From Camelus ferus (taxonomy: Eukaryota), in assembly GCF_009834535.1 (NCBI RefSeq), contig NC_045697.1:35342001-35406000 (forward strand): DNA of 64,000 bases, in the 5' to 3' direction. Shown here in pieces: positions 51,691-64,000 of this stretch. Position 1 is the stretch's first letter. Every line of letters begins with the position of its first letter. The notes under the pieces are model-generated. The model was not told where the DNA came from. It searched no databases and saw only the letters and a program-made list of their open reading frames with translations. Made by a program: the position numbers and the translations under genes.

Positions 51691-53547
51691 TTCTGTACCA
51701 CAACAACATTTGTTTAAGTCACCCAGTCTATGGTAGTGCGTTACAGCATCCTGAACTAAGGGAACAGGTCTGATAACCCAGTGACTCTCAGCCTGGGGTG
51801 GGGGTGGCCTGTAGACTGGGGAAGGCAGAGCCCGTGGGGGAAAATGGAACCATCTAAACTCCCCCACCCCTCTGCAGTGGACATATTCTTACAGCCGATG
51901 TCACCTCCATTCTGGAGACCAGGCTCTCCTTTCTGTCCTGCTTGCTCTCCAGCCAGTTTTCTATTTAGTGGAATCTGGCAATTCAGGAGATGTTTCTTTT
52001 GCTTCCCATTTCTCATTTGGTTTTTGAATTCTACTACACTTTTTAAACAATCAGATGGATTTGGGGAACAATGGAAGAGACAAGAAAAAAGGAAAAGTGC
52101 TGATCTGCTGTATTGTGGAGTGGTGAATTTATCTTATTTTATACATTTGGGTCAGTAGTTATTTTGATTTCAATGTATTCTGGAAGCATCCGATTATTTT
52201 AGCCATAGCTTCTTAATGAGCTAATAATGTAATCTCTCTCTCTCTTTCCTAGGTAGATTACTTTAATCTATATCCAGGAGCTCTTAAAGAGTTAATGCTT
52301 TGAGCTGCCTTCATTATGTGAGCAGCTAATAGGACCAGTAACATAGTCAAGTAATGTCAGAGTAAAGACATTAAAGAAGACTCTAGAACAGGTACCAAGC
52401 AGTGAAACGTTGACTGATAACGCAAATAACCAGACACCCTTAATAAACTATAATTTTTCTCTGCACCCAATTTGCAGGCATAAGAGGCAATTCCTAAGAG
52501 AATATGCCCCTTTCAGAATCCTGAAATGCATAACAACAGGGCTGGAAGGGCACCTGGAGATCCCGTAAATTAGCTCTCATTTTGCAGACAACAAAATGAA
52601 TTCAGAAGCTAGGTATCTATGTAAGGACATACCTAAGTAACAGAAAAGCTGGAACAAGAACACAGGTTTCTTGACTCCCTGGTCCAGGATTCTATGTTCT
52701 ATGGCTTCTTGTAAGATTTGGGGGGAAACATTTGCAGGGTATATCATGAGGATCTGATAGACAGTCCATGCTTCTACACCACAAGAACTGATGCTCCAAA
52801 TTGAGTTCCTCTGTCTGTCTGTCTGTCTCACACACGGCTCTAATCACAGACGGTCCCCCAGCCCTGGATTGACCTCCCTACAGGGACAGACGCCCACTTT
52901 CACCTGCACCTCTGCTTCTCTTACCTCTCCCCCTCCCCCCAGGTGCGAGTGCAGTGCCCGTGTCTCCGGTGGAGAAGATTCCCTTCCCAACCACCTTTTG
53001 GACCTCATTTCTTCCCTTTGCTCTGTTCATCCTGCTGTCAGCAGCTCTGTAGAGACTCTGCCTCCCCCATCTTATGAGATGCTCTGACCAAAGGGAGCCC
53101 AGCACACTCGCTAGCTAAGTTTGTTACTGATGCTTTGCCTGGCTGGCTGGTTGGCTGTTGGAGTTCATCCCCTCCCTCTTTTACTCCTCCAAGGTCATTC
53201 CCTCCATAAGGAGGCTGGACCTCATCTTTGCTGGAAGCTGGAGGAGACAGACCCCAAATCCCTCTGGTGGCCTCTACTCACAGCTGGCAGCTGGGCTCCT
53301 TCCTTGAGGTGAGTGTCTGCCTTGCTTCAGACCCACTGACTTATTTGGAGAATTAGGCCAATGCTTTCCAAACATTTTGATGGATGCAGCCCAATCAGTA
53401 AAAAAAAAAAAAAAAAAAAAAAAAAGCATGCTTTCTCAATATATTTACTTATAATTTACATATAGGTACTACTATTACTCCATATGTTAAATATAAGTAA
53501 AGCTTAATTTATCTCCACTATTTTGGGGTAAAAAGAAATACAAATGT

Positions 53548-53652
53548 GGGAGAGGGAAATAGCTCAGTGATCGAGTGCTTGCTTCACATGCATGAGGTCC
53601 TGGGTTCAATCCTCAGTACTTCCATTAAAAAAAAAATGAAGTTGTAAAAACA
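53548..53652 (+). mobile_element. Camelid tRNA-derived SINE (Vic-1-like)
   Basis: gggaaatagctcagtgatcgagtgcttgcttcacatgcatgaggtcctgggttcaatcctcagtacttcca plus A tail; TSD aaaaagaaatacaaat / aaaaagaaatataaat. Confidence 0.85.
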
Positions 53653-53789
53653 AAAAAGAAATATAAATAGAAGTTGTCACAAATTCTCTTTGTACATCCT
53701 CCTTCCCCACTCGGCCCCAGAACTGCTGAACTGGGCGGTGGAAGCTCTGGGAGCCACACAAGGGGTAAGTGGTTTCAGTACTAGTAATA

Positions 53790-54030
53790 ATAATTGCCGC
53801 CGCTTTTGCGTGCTGACTGTGTGCCAGGCACCATACAAGCCTTTACATAAAATGTTCTATTGAATTTTTGCAGGAGCTCCACGTGGTAGGCACTATTGAT
53901 TCTCATTTTATTGTCAAAGAACCGAGGCTTAGAGGTGCCTAGCTTTGCCCACTGTTGCCACTAGCAAGAGGCAGGGCAGAATCAAAGCCAGGTCTCTGAC
54001 TCGAAGCACAGCTTAGCCACTGTGCTGTGC
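53790..54030 (-). mobile_element. MIR SINE
   Basis: tgtgccaggcacc...tctcattttattgtcaaagaaccgaggcttagagg. Confidence 0.7.
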
Positions 54031-54974
54031 TGCTTCGGGGATGACAGCGAGCACTTGCTGAGGGCTAAGCACTGTGCTGAGCCCCGGACACACACAGGGA
54101 ACAGGGACAGCAGCCTCTGCCCTCGTAAAACTGCCGTCCTACTGGGCCCTGACCTCCTGGGGGCGCCCTAGATCTGACTGAAAAGGCTTTGATCCGCTTG
54201 AGCATGTTAGGCTCTTACAAAAAAAAAAGGTCACAGCATGAAATTGTTTGCAGGAAATTTTTTAAACCTTATAATGTGTAATTACACAGTATTGTAGCCC
54301 ATTTGGAATTCTGCTGGTTCTGAGTCTTGGAATCTTATTATCATTATAGCATTATTTCAATGGGAAAATGCATTTTAAGTTTCAAACACTCAACTTATAA
54401 ACGAACTTTTTAATAAAGTGACTTCTCACATTTTTTTTTAAGAGTTTGGACTTCCTGAACAACATGCTCAGACAAAGTTATCAAAGCATTTTGGAAAGAT
54501 CAACAAGAAGCACTGATGAAATTGTCAGATAATTACAGTATCATGTTCTTTGAATATTCTGGTTGAGATGATTGCTTCAAAATACTCTATGGTGAGTATA
54601 GTCATAGGGAAAGAAACCATTGCCCCAAGTTCCTTAATGAAAAAATAATTTAAAGCCTGATGATATTTTCTTTTCCCAGCTGGAGATAACGTTAAAACCC
54701 CATACTCCCAAAGCCTGGCCCCCGTCAAAGTAAACAACTAGAAGCCAAATGTATTTCTCTTCATTCCTACCACCGTGACCTGATAGCAGTTGACGTTGCA
54801 TCCCTAAACAGTAATGGCAAATGTCACAAAAGTAACAATTCTAAACACCTGTGTTCCGAGAATCTTTGTTCTTTTATATACTATTGACAAAACATGTTGC
54901 TTTGTAGTCTACAAGCCCTTTTGCTTCAAAGATTTCTTTTTGATCATCATAGTCATCTTTTTAGCTAAAGTTCT

Positions 54975-55750
54975 AATTATCTATCAGTGTATAACAAGCC
55001 ATGTCTCATGATTTTGTGGTGTTGACCTAAAACAAATAGGCTACCAGATACTTCTCCAGTAAGATGGGTCTATTCGGGAGACCCATAGCAGAGAATTGCA
55101 GCTTGGGGTTGGCAACTATGACAAAGGTACGTGCAAGTCCCCAAGCCAGAAGGGAAGGAGAACACTTTTATGGAGGAGAAAAGGACGTTGGGAGGGCTGT
55201 AGTAAACGAAGAACCCAAGGCTTTTCATTGGCTGAGTCCTTGCCAGGAAAGAAGAGGAGCACCCCACTTTGGTCTCCTGACTTTATTTAATTGAGGTTTT
55301 CGTTTTAGTATTTTTTACAGTGGGTTAGAATTTGGGGCAGAACTCAGCTGGGCAACCCTTCTGTTCCATGCGGCACTGCCCAGGTCACTTGCAGGCGTGT
55401 GGATGGTGGCTGGGCCGGACTGGAGGGGCCTACCTGGCTTTACTCACGTGGCTGTGCCTTGATGAGGGTGGCTGGGAGGACTCATCTGAGTCCCTTAGCT
55501 GTCTTCTCTACGTTGTTGGGTGATGGACTTCATTTATGGTGCCTCAGGGCTCCCAAAGCGAAGTTTTCTTGGAGACAGAAAATGGAAGCTTCCTGAAGAG
55601 TAAGACCTGGGCTCAGAAAGTGGAACAATGTCACTTTTGTCATATCCTATTCACCAAAGTAGTTGCTAAATTCAAGGACAGGGGACAAGGACCGCACCTC
55701 TCAATAAAGAAATGTATCAAAAAGTACGTGGCTTCCTTTAATCTGCCACA
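54975..55750 (-). mobile_element. MaLR LTR (MLT1-type) interrupted by a solo ERV LTR
   Basis: tctcatgattttgtgg | gttagaatttggggcagaactcagctggg...tttaatctgccaca. Confidence 0.7.
55020..55319. mobile_element. 300-bp solo LTR, ERV1-like
   Basis: TG...CA termini flanked by a perfect 4-bp TSD GTGG (55016-55019 and 55320-55323). Confidence 0.8.
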
Positions 55751-57544
55751 GCTAGATTTCAGAAGGTGTTTTTGCATTTTCTAGATGAGGAAACTAATAT
55801 TGAGGCTAACCGAGTTGACTTGCCCACAGGGGACATCTATCTAGTTAGTGAGGAAGGTGGGACACCGCCCAGGACTGCTGATTCCAAAGCCAGTATACCT
55901 GTTTTGCGGGGGACCTCACTGACCTCAAATATTTTCTGAAGAACCAAGTATGTAACACCGCTACTTTTTTTCGTTTTGTTTTTTGTTTTGCTTCTTGGCT
56001 TTTAAAAGCGATTGAGGGAATTCAGGGCATTTGAGGGCCCAGACGAGCCATTGAGTGTCTGTGATTCTGATGGGACATGTGCCCAGAGCCTCTCTTTTCC
56101 CATTTGACCTGTGTCCTTCCTGAGGCAGGACTGAGGTGAGGGCCCTGAGGGAAAAGGTGGAGGACTTTCTGTAGGAGGTGGGTGTCCGATAATTGCAGTA
56201 GCACCGGATGCTGCCCTCAGCCTAGGCTGCTGGTTACGTCGCCTTGAGTTCCGAGCAAGCAAGAGGCTTCACCCGTGGACTAAGCACCGTTTATTTGAGA
56301 TTAATGCGGGTGGAAAACTAGTCAGAGTATAAACAGCCATGGGGCGAGGAAATAAGTCTGAGTCAATTCGTTGACTAATAAGAATCAGTCCTTTGGAATC
56401 CGGCTTTAAGTCAAGACATTACTCAACAAGAGCCAGAGTGTGCTTCACAGCAGTATTCCTGCACAGTACAAATGGCTTTTTTGAAAAGCACTGCCCAGTA
56501 CATGCCATTTGCTCTATTGCTCAGATTTGGTCACAGGAAATCCTGGGGTTCTCTCTGGTAGAAGGCAGTTACTTTGTCTTTACTAATAAGCTATCCTTTC
56601 AATTTCCTTTATTTCAAAATTTCAAAAGATGCTTCTTTTCTCTTCCAGTGATGCAATGGCTATTCCTTTTTCTTATTACAGTGGTGCCTATTGCTATGTT
56701 ATCTAATATCATTTTATATTATTAATTATGTAATATTTTATTTATAGTATAATAATACTGCTATAATAGCTTATTGCTATGGCTGCTATAGCCAATTGCT
56801 GTATTATCTTAGATTTAAATTTATTTACCGAGTCTTTGCAAATACCTCATCTCTCCTCTTCCAAAGGCCTGGAATTTGTTTTAATTGCCTCGCAGAAACC
56901 TGCCCTATTTTTTTACCAAATAGCCAAAGCACTGAAGAAATCTACATCAGATGCAAGGGGGAAAAATTCCCTTCTGAGTGCTTCTGAATGTAACTGTGCT
57001 GAACAGCACATCACAGACGCAAAGCCAGGACTTCAAAGTAACAGCAAAATTAAAGTTCAATCAAAGCATCGTTCACTCAGAAAATTTTTGCTTTGTGGAT
57101 ATCAAGTACCACATGTACTTGTTGCAGTGGCTAGAATTTCTATAAAAGGAACAACAGGAGTGCGAGATTGCATTACCTAAAAGCAATGGTGCTGTTATCA
57201 CAAAGGGAAAAAAGAAATTAAAGCAGACGAAAGATGATAGAAGGAGAGTTAGCTGAGAATGAAAGGCAGAGTGCCTGAGCACTGCCGGGGAGTGTTAGTT
57301 GAGCCCATCTGATGTTTCCCCTTATTATCTCCTTTATTTGCAATGTCTGAGGCTTAGGAAATTTCTGTAATTGATGAAGTATCACCAAGCCTGCCTCTCT
57401 GGCCAGGAAAGCCATGCTGGCTCAATTGAGAGCCATGGTTTCCAAAATGGGATCTTTCACTCCTGGCTGCAGGAAAAATATTGGAGTTATTATTTTATTC
57501 TGTAGTATTTCTGTATTTTACATTTCAATTTGGGGGTTATGTTT

Positions 57545-57745
57545 TTAGCAAGGCTATTGAACTGAGGTCTACCACAGGCGGCATTGGTATCACCTGGGAA
57601 TCTGTTAAAACTGCAAATCCTCGGATCACATCTCAAACCTACCGAAGCGCCACTGCTCTGGGGATGGGGCCTGATGCGCTGGGCTTGAATAAGCTCTTGA
57701 GGTGATTCTGATACCCGAAGAGTTTGAAGAGCAAACTGGTTTCTA
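57545..57745. mobile_element. MER5A-like hAT MITE
   Basis: ggcattggtatcacctgggaatctgttaaaactgcaaatcctcgg...ggtgattctgatacccgaagagtttga. Confidence 0.7.
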
Positions 57746-58579
57746 ATGAATATATTTGCAAATGAATACACACAGGTGGGACATGCACGCAGACGTTTTT
57801 TACTGCTGAGATGCTCAGACAAAAATGTTGGAAGATGATGCTGTGATGGAAACTGGCTGACTCAAGAATCATGTATTCTCCTCCTCTTTTTTTTTCTCCA
57901 ACTTTGCTAATTAACTCTGGTTAGGGAGGGTCATTTAGCTTCTTTTACTTCCTGGGTGAGCTTAAACAAGTTACTTAATCAGGCTGGAAAATGAATAAAG
58001 TGAGATAGTAATCTCACAGGACTATTAAAGAGCGTTGAGTGAGCTCGTGTATAGGGGCAGCAAGTAGAGAACCTTGAGCACAAAAGAGACACTTGGTTCC
58101 TCTTTTCCCTTATAGCTGTGGACCCGCAGCATCAGCAGTGTAAGCTCTTCTCTTAGTCCCCAAGCACGTCAGTACATGTATGGAAGCTAAAAAAAAAACC
58201 CAAAAAACTCTTATGGTCCTATAACCTTATATATTACACTTTGTGACACCTTGCTGATAAAGACAGATGGAGAGGGCAGCAGATGAGTTCATTCAACACA
58301 TTTACCCTTTCCAAGAGTTGCATGTTATTTTCCATTGAAATTCCAAGCTGCAAAGAGCAGTGTCGGTGATGCTGCAGACTGCAGCAGTTCAACACCATGC
58401 TGTCGTGAGGAACAGCCAGCAAAACCCATTACTGACAATCCTCTAGAGCAAGTGGCCCCTGACTCAAGCTGCGCATGCTTCAGCCTGGCAGCTGGACCCA
58501 ACTGAGTTAGCTCCTGGGCGATGAGGAGAACTATTAGCCAAAGTTTTTGTTGAAGAGATCTGGGACCTGCGCCTAAACT

Positions 58580-58730
58580 TCAGTGTTCTTAAGAATCACC
58601 TGGAGAGCTTGTGTAGATGGCACACTGCTAGGCCTCACCCCCCCAGAGATTTTTATTCTATCGTTATGAGATGGGCCTAGGAATCTGTATTGTTAACAAG
58701 CTTCCCAGGTGATTTCATTGCAAGTGGTTC
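58580..58730. mobile_element. MER5A-like hAT MITE
   Basis: aagaatcacctggagagcttg...gggcctaggaatctgtattgttaacaagcttcccaggtgatt. Confidence 0.7.
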
Positions 58731-59634
58731 ATGCACAAGAGAATTTACATGCCCTGAGTCGCAGATGTTTTAGAACTGATTAGCACTTTGGAGATCATTT
58801 GGTGTAAGATTTCTTACCCTTTTTCCTTCACGAGAGCCAAGACGATTGCCATTAAGATAAATGCATGACACTGTCTCATTAGTATATTCACATTTGGCAA
58901 AACTACAAAGGATGGGAAGGACGAAAGCATCCCAGAACTACCAGCAGCAGTCAGTAGTTTACGGCAGACCACGGCGTCTGTACTCAGTTCCCTACTATTG
59001 AATTTAACACCACCTCTCAAGAAAACCTACCAAGATTTGAAGGAGAGAGGGTAAGTGATGACACAGAGATGACCTTAAATCCACTCATGTTTTAGAACTA
59101 ATTCATTAGTCATCTTGAGTACTTTGTTGGTAATAGATTTCCTGGTGACACAAATCACAGAGGAGACACACCACTGTGGCAGATACTGCGAGTTGTTACT
59201 AGTGGTTCCTTGATGTTTCTTTTCCTCTGTCCTCTGTAGTGACCTCCAAATTTTAGCCAGTGGACACCCAGATAAAACGGCTACATTTCCCAACCTCTCT
59301 TGCAGCTAGGAATGATCATGGGCCTAAGTTCGTGACAATAGGATGTAGAGGAAGTAGCGTGTCAGACGTCCAGGCAGTGTCCTTACAGGGAGGGCCTGCC
59401 TCTCCTCCTTTCTGTGGCTGGAATGTGGAGGAGAAAGCTAAAGCAGCCAGAGGAAAGAAGCACGTAGAAGGAGCTGGAGGCTTGCGGTGCTGAGAAATCT
59501 AGGCACTGGCCTTGAGAGCTGCCTGAGAGTGTGATGTTGAAGGAGGGTCTGGGTCCGAGTGTGCGTAAAAATGACTGTGGCCTGCAATGATGTATCGAGG
59601 AGGATTCAGGAGAGGATGCAGTGAGGTCTTTACT

Positions 59635-59920
59635 TCCTATCTTAGTCTGCTCAGGCTGCCATGACAAAATACCACAGACTGGGAGGCTTAAGCAACAGAC
59701 ATTTATTTCTCACAGCTCTGGAAGCTGGGAAATCCTAGATCAAGGTACTGGAAGAGTCAGTTCCTAAGGGGGCCCTCCGCCTGGCTTACAGACAGCTAAC
59801 TTCTCGCTATATCCTCGTACAGCTATAACACCAGCCCCATCCTTCCCTCTCATGACTTCATCGAAATCTAATTACCTTTAATGGCCCCACCTCCAAATAC
59901 CATAACATTAGTACTGGTAT
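59635..59920 (-). mobile_element. MaLR LTR (MLT1A/B-like)
   Basis: tcttagtctgctcaggctgccatgacaaaataccacagactgggaggcttaagcaacagacatttatttctcacagctctgg. Confidence 0.8.
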
Positions 59921-59924
59921 TGGC

Positions 59925-60290
59925 TGAACCATTTTACATCCCCACCAGGAACAGATGAGGGTTCCAACTTCCCCCAGATGCTCACTCACACTTTTCATTT
60001 TTTTTTTTTTTATTATAGCCATCCTAGTGGATGTAAAATGATAGCTCATTGTGGCTTTGATGTGCATTTCCCTGATGACTAATGATGTTGAGCATTTTTT
60101 CATTTGCTTGCTGGTTATTTGTATATCTTGCTTGGAGAAATGTCTATTCAAATTCTTGGCCCATTTTAAAATTTGGTTGTTTGTCTTTTTGCTGTTGAGT
60201 TGTAAGAGTTTTTAAAAACCATATCCTGGATACCAAGCCCTTATCAGGTATGTGATTCAAAAATATATCCCCCATTCTGTAAGCTGTATT
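59925..60290 (-). mobile_element. L1M fragment (ORF2 C-terminal region)
   Basis: ORF 59858..60151 (-) [11 protein letters not shown]...[29 protein letters not shown] is a recognisable L1 ORF2 C-terminal peptide. Confidence 0.85.
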
Positions 60291-63200
60291 TTTTTTAAAA
60301 AATTAATCAAATTGATTCAGAGTTATCTTTATACTAACATAAGTTTCACTCCCTTGCGTTCTGATACTCTATCTTGGGTTAGGGCCATGTACATACATAC
60401 AAATGTTTGTTATATATTGCCTCACTCCTAACCTTTGTAAGTTTGTGGAAACAAGATGCTCATGAAACCCCATTTCTCAGGTGTATTATGGCAGAAAAAA
60501 GACTGAAAATTGCTTTTCTAGACCTAAAGTCCAGATTCAAGAATAGGATGATGTTTTCCTGTTTCCTGCATTACCAAAAGCTGGTACAGAGGTGTGAAGC
60601 AACAGCGGGAGGGAGACCAGCTAACGTGACATGTAGGAAGTCTCCTCACCACATTGACCTTGCTGTTCCTCAGCCCTTGGATCTTGAGGCAGAGTGAAGA
60701 AAAGCAACCTCGTTCTGTGACTCTTGTTCCCAAGGCTGCCTTGTTCAGCAGCCTCCATAGGCCAGAGCGCATCTCAAGCCATTAGAGTTTGGCTTATTAA
60801 AAGGGGACAAGAGTCTCACAAAGCCTCAAACACCAGCTTTTTAAAACAAAACTAATAGCAGCAGCAGCAGCATGAGATGCAGCATGAAGCTGAAACCTTT
60901 CAGGCCCTGGAGTTGGAAGGGAAGGATAAGCCCAGAAGAGTGACTGCCCTTAACATGGGAATAAGACGAAGACCGATGGGAAAGCATTCTGTTCCTGGCT
61001 GACAAAACCACAGAGGCTTTCAAATTTCCCAACACCTCTAGACAGGGTCCTAGCAGATATGGAGCACAGAGTAAAAAGCTTCTTTAACGTTCAGCTGTAG
61101 ACTTTCAGATCTGGAAAGTGCTTCATCTTAAAGGTGACCCACTGGCACTCAGCAAGTAGACACAGCATAAAAGCCACTGACTCTTCCTCATGAACTCAAT
61201 CCCACTGGCTATCCACAGTCAAACTCTAGATACACCAGAGCCATCTGTTAACATAAGAATAAACTGAAGTTTGCACATGTTAAGTCAGGGTCAGTAGAAA
61301 CCGTGGGTGAACTTGGTGGGTGATGAAAAAGTATAGAAAAGCCACTCTGTCCTCTAATCCTTCACCACTTTTCCAGTCCCGGTGGACAAACTGATCACCA
61401 GCAGAGAGTTACTCAGTTCTTAGTGGATGACATGTCTACTGAGTTTCTGTTACGTGCTGGAGACAGTCAGAAGCAGAGCTCCTGTTCTGAAGGTGAGGCA
61501 GCCATACAGAGTAGGTTTCTCACGTGGAATGATGGGGCCTGGCAGAGTGGGGAGGAAGGAGGGCTGGACCAGCTTTGCTCTGCGAGCCAGCACTCTCCTG
61601 GTTGCAAGTGACAGAAACCTAATTTGAGTTACCAAAGAGGGAACGTGTTGTCATGAAACCATTCCCTGGAAGGTTCAGGGATCTGCAGGCTTCAGAAGCA
61701 ATTGGAACCAGGGCCTAGATAGCCATCAAGACAAGGCCACCGCATGGGCTGCGTCTGGAAAGCTCTTCCTTCCCACTTAGTTCGTCTGCTACTCATTATT
61801 CGTGTGTCCAGTCACCTCCTCAGGAAAGCCTCCCCACCCCCAGCTCATCTCCCTGACTGAATCACACCCAGGCTGGTCTATTTAAGCCTTTGGGGCAAAT
61901 TAGAAAAAAGTGACCCTTTTGAGTGGCCAGTGGCAGTGTGTGAATAGGGTACCCCTTTCTCTGGGCACGTACAGCTTCATGCCAGGCCTCGTGGAGTGGT
62001 GAGGAGACTCTTAAGTGGGATTTCAGCCCACTTGCCCCCTTGGCTGTGCTCCTCTGTGCAGTATACAAACTGGCCCATCCGGCTTCGGACCCCGTGGTCC
62101 TCAGCTAGCTTGGTGGGCTCTGGGAGACCCCCATCCTTCTGCTGAGCCTCTCCTCAGCCCACGCCCCATCTCCAGTGAGGGACCACATTGTGGCCAGGCA
62201 GGTGAGAGACTGAATTTACATTGTCCGAGAGCAAAGATGGAAAACCAAAGGAAAAAAAAAAACCAAACCTGTATTCTACTGTACCTGTTTTCCTTATCAC
62301 TTGTCAGAGTAGCAGTATTATTTTACTTGCTTGATTATTTAAGGAATATCTCCCCTGCAAGCTTGAAAGCCCCATGAGGACATCAACTGGGCCTGTTTGT
62401 GCTCAACAAACGTATTATTCCTAGAGCTCAGCAGTGTCTGACGTGTGGAAAGCCCTCAATAAATAAAGGTTGTTTCATGACTAAACGAACCTGCAAACTG
62501 ATGAGTGTTTCTTTATTTCTCTTAAACTGGCTTTTTGTTTTTAAATGAGGGGGGAGCCATGGTTGCTGGCAGCTTATAAGCCCATAGACAGAGAAGGCTG
62601 CTTCTCCTTAATTCCAAGTTTAAAAATTCCAGGGAAGGATGCTCATTGGCCCATTTGAGATCACATGCTCACTGGGAGTGGGAAGCACCCCAATTGGCAA
62701 GTCCTATCAAAGCTCTGTTTGATGAATGGAGGCGTGAGCAGTTCCCCAAAGAAGAGGAGGCTCTTTGGGCAAAAGAGGGGAAGGCTGGGCAGAAATGACT
62801 CCCAGTGGCCCCAATGCTGCCACTGACTTGCCGTGGGCTGGTCACTTCTGTCTTTGTTTCCTCACTTGTGAAATGAGGGAAGGAGCTGAGCTCACCTGTG
62901 AGATCATCCAGCCCAATGTTCTATTCCCTCTTATTCTGGTTCTGGTTCTGGTTCTGTTTCCTCCTGCCAAATTCTGTTCTAGTGCCGCAGGTGTTAAGCG
63001 GAACGAGACATGACTGTGGGCAGCCTCAGTCAAGGACGGCTTAATGGAGGTGAGCGTTACGCTGAGCAGGAAGGGCCGAGGAGGAGTTGTACAGCAGAGA
63101 GAGAGGAGGGGAGGCTTTTCAGGGTGAGGGGCTGGCTGGGGAAAGTATGATGGGTCTTAATGTTGAGCCATTTGTTTGCTAGAAGTTTTTTTTTTTTTTT

Positions 63201-63407
63201 TGTATAAATATCTTTGCAAGGGGTACCAAGTTAACTCACCTATATTTTCTCTTGAATTAGCTTATTCAAGAACAGCAAGCTGGTCCTCCACAAGGATCTG
63301 AGGGAATGAGACATTGGACAGGTAAGTTTTAATAATCAAAATAGGTCTTGAGTACAAGCATCTCTTGGTTGTATGAATTAGGCTGATCACTGTGGGGTCT
63401 ATATATA

Positions 63408-63830
63408 CAGTTGACCCTTGAACATGGTTTGAACCATGTTGGTCCACTTATATGCAGATTTTTTCAATAAATATACAAAAATACACATGAAGAACATCGT
63501 GTGCAAGATTTGTGTTGAAGTGGATAGCCTATCCTTACATAGGCATAAGGTGAGTGATATTTAATATAAAATTAATAATGTGCTAGTTTGCTTACTGTTT
63601 TATAACTTTGCTTTCAAAGAATGACATTACCATGCAATATGCTTCTCTCTCTCATAATTGGTGAAACTGTGTATCAGCCTATGATCACACAGGTAAGCAG
63701 GGTTTTTTTTAATGCCACTGCCAGCCATGCTGCCATCCCCTCCCACCCTGCACCTGTCACTGCATGCTCTGCACACTAGCTGAGTGGTTTTTTTAAAAAA
63801 AAAACAAGGTTTCCAACATTGTATTATTAT
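63408..63830. mobile_element. Tigger2-family DNA transposon fragment
   Basis: ta|cagttgacccttgaacatggtttgaacc...ggtccacttatatgcagattttttcaataaat terminal repeat after a TA target site. Confidence 0.7.
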
Positions 63831-63832
63831 TC

Positions 63833-64000
63833 TTTTTTAATTGAAGTATAGTCAGTTTACAATGTTGTGTCAGTTTATGGTGTACAGCATAATGTTTCAA
63901 TCATATATGTTCATACCTATATTCCTGTTCATATTCTTTTTCGTTATAGGTTACTACAAGATATTGAATGGTTCCCTGTGCTATACAGTGTAAACTTGTT
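63833..64000 (-). mobile_element. Young L1 3' end (runs off the window)
   Basis: tttttaattgaagtatagtcagtttacaatgttgtgtcagtttatggtgtacagcata. Confidence 0.85.

Noticed and set aside
52230..52260. Strong acceptor-like site (ctctctctctttcctag)
   Set aside because: No downstream open frame or matching donor found; the pyrimidine tract is just a (CT)n repeat.
53548..53625. tRNA-like sequence with A and B boxes
   Set aside because: Diverged, followed by an A tail and flanked by a TSD; it is a SINE copy, not a tRNA gene. The same applies to the other three copies.
56751..56806. Short imperfect inverted repeat (ataatactgc...gctgtattat)
   Set aside because: Arms of only about 10 bp in AT-rich sequence; expected by chance.
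62934..62958. (TTCTGG)4 repeat, plus a similar short tandem at 44828-44864
   Set aside because: Ordinary short tandem repeats.

Overview
Mammalian genomic DNA, most likely from a camelid (alpaca, llama or camel). The species call rests on four copies of a Vic-1-like tRNA-derived SINE and on cetartiodactyl-type young L1 3' ends. The window holds one complete, intact protein-coding gene on the + strand: CWH43 (PGAP2-interacting protein). I traced its 16 coding exons by hand from ATG 6644 to TGA 46811. All introns are GT-AG, and the spliced CDS is 2100 nt (699 aa). The gene has a CpG-island promoter (~6070-7150) and a poly(A) signal at 46968. The rest is intronic or intergenic DNA dense with interspersed repeats (L1, L2, MIR, MaLR/ERV LTRs, Tigger and hAT MITEs, SINEs, microsatellites). 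Almost all ORFs in the supplied track are spurious; a few overlap CWH43 exons. I found no convincing novel multi-gene system. The findings are modest: a near-perfect MLT2-derived hairpin, a 26-bp L1 micro-insertion, nested TE stacks, two solo LTRs, a non-canonical EEP active site and possible lineage-specific substitutions in CWH43, and the synteny of the downstream flank with the human chr4 centromere site. Repeat subfamily names and human comparisons come from recall, not from a database search.
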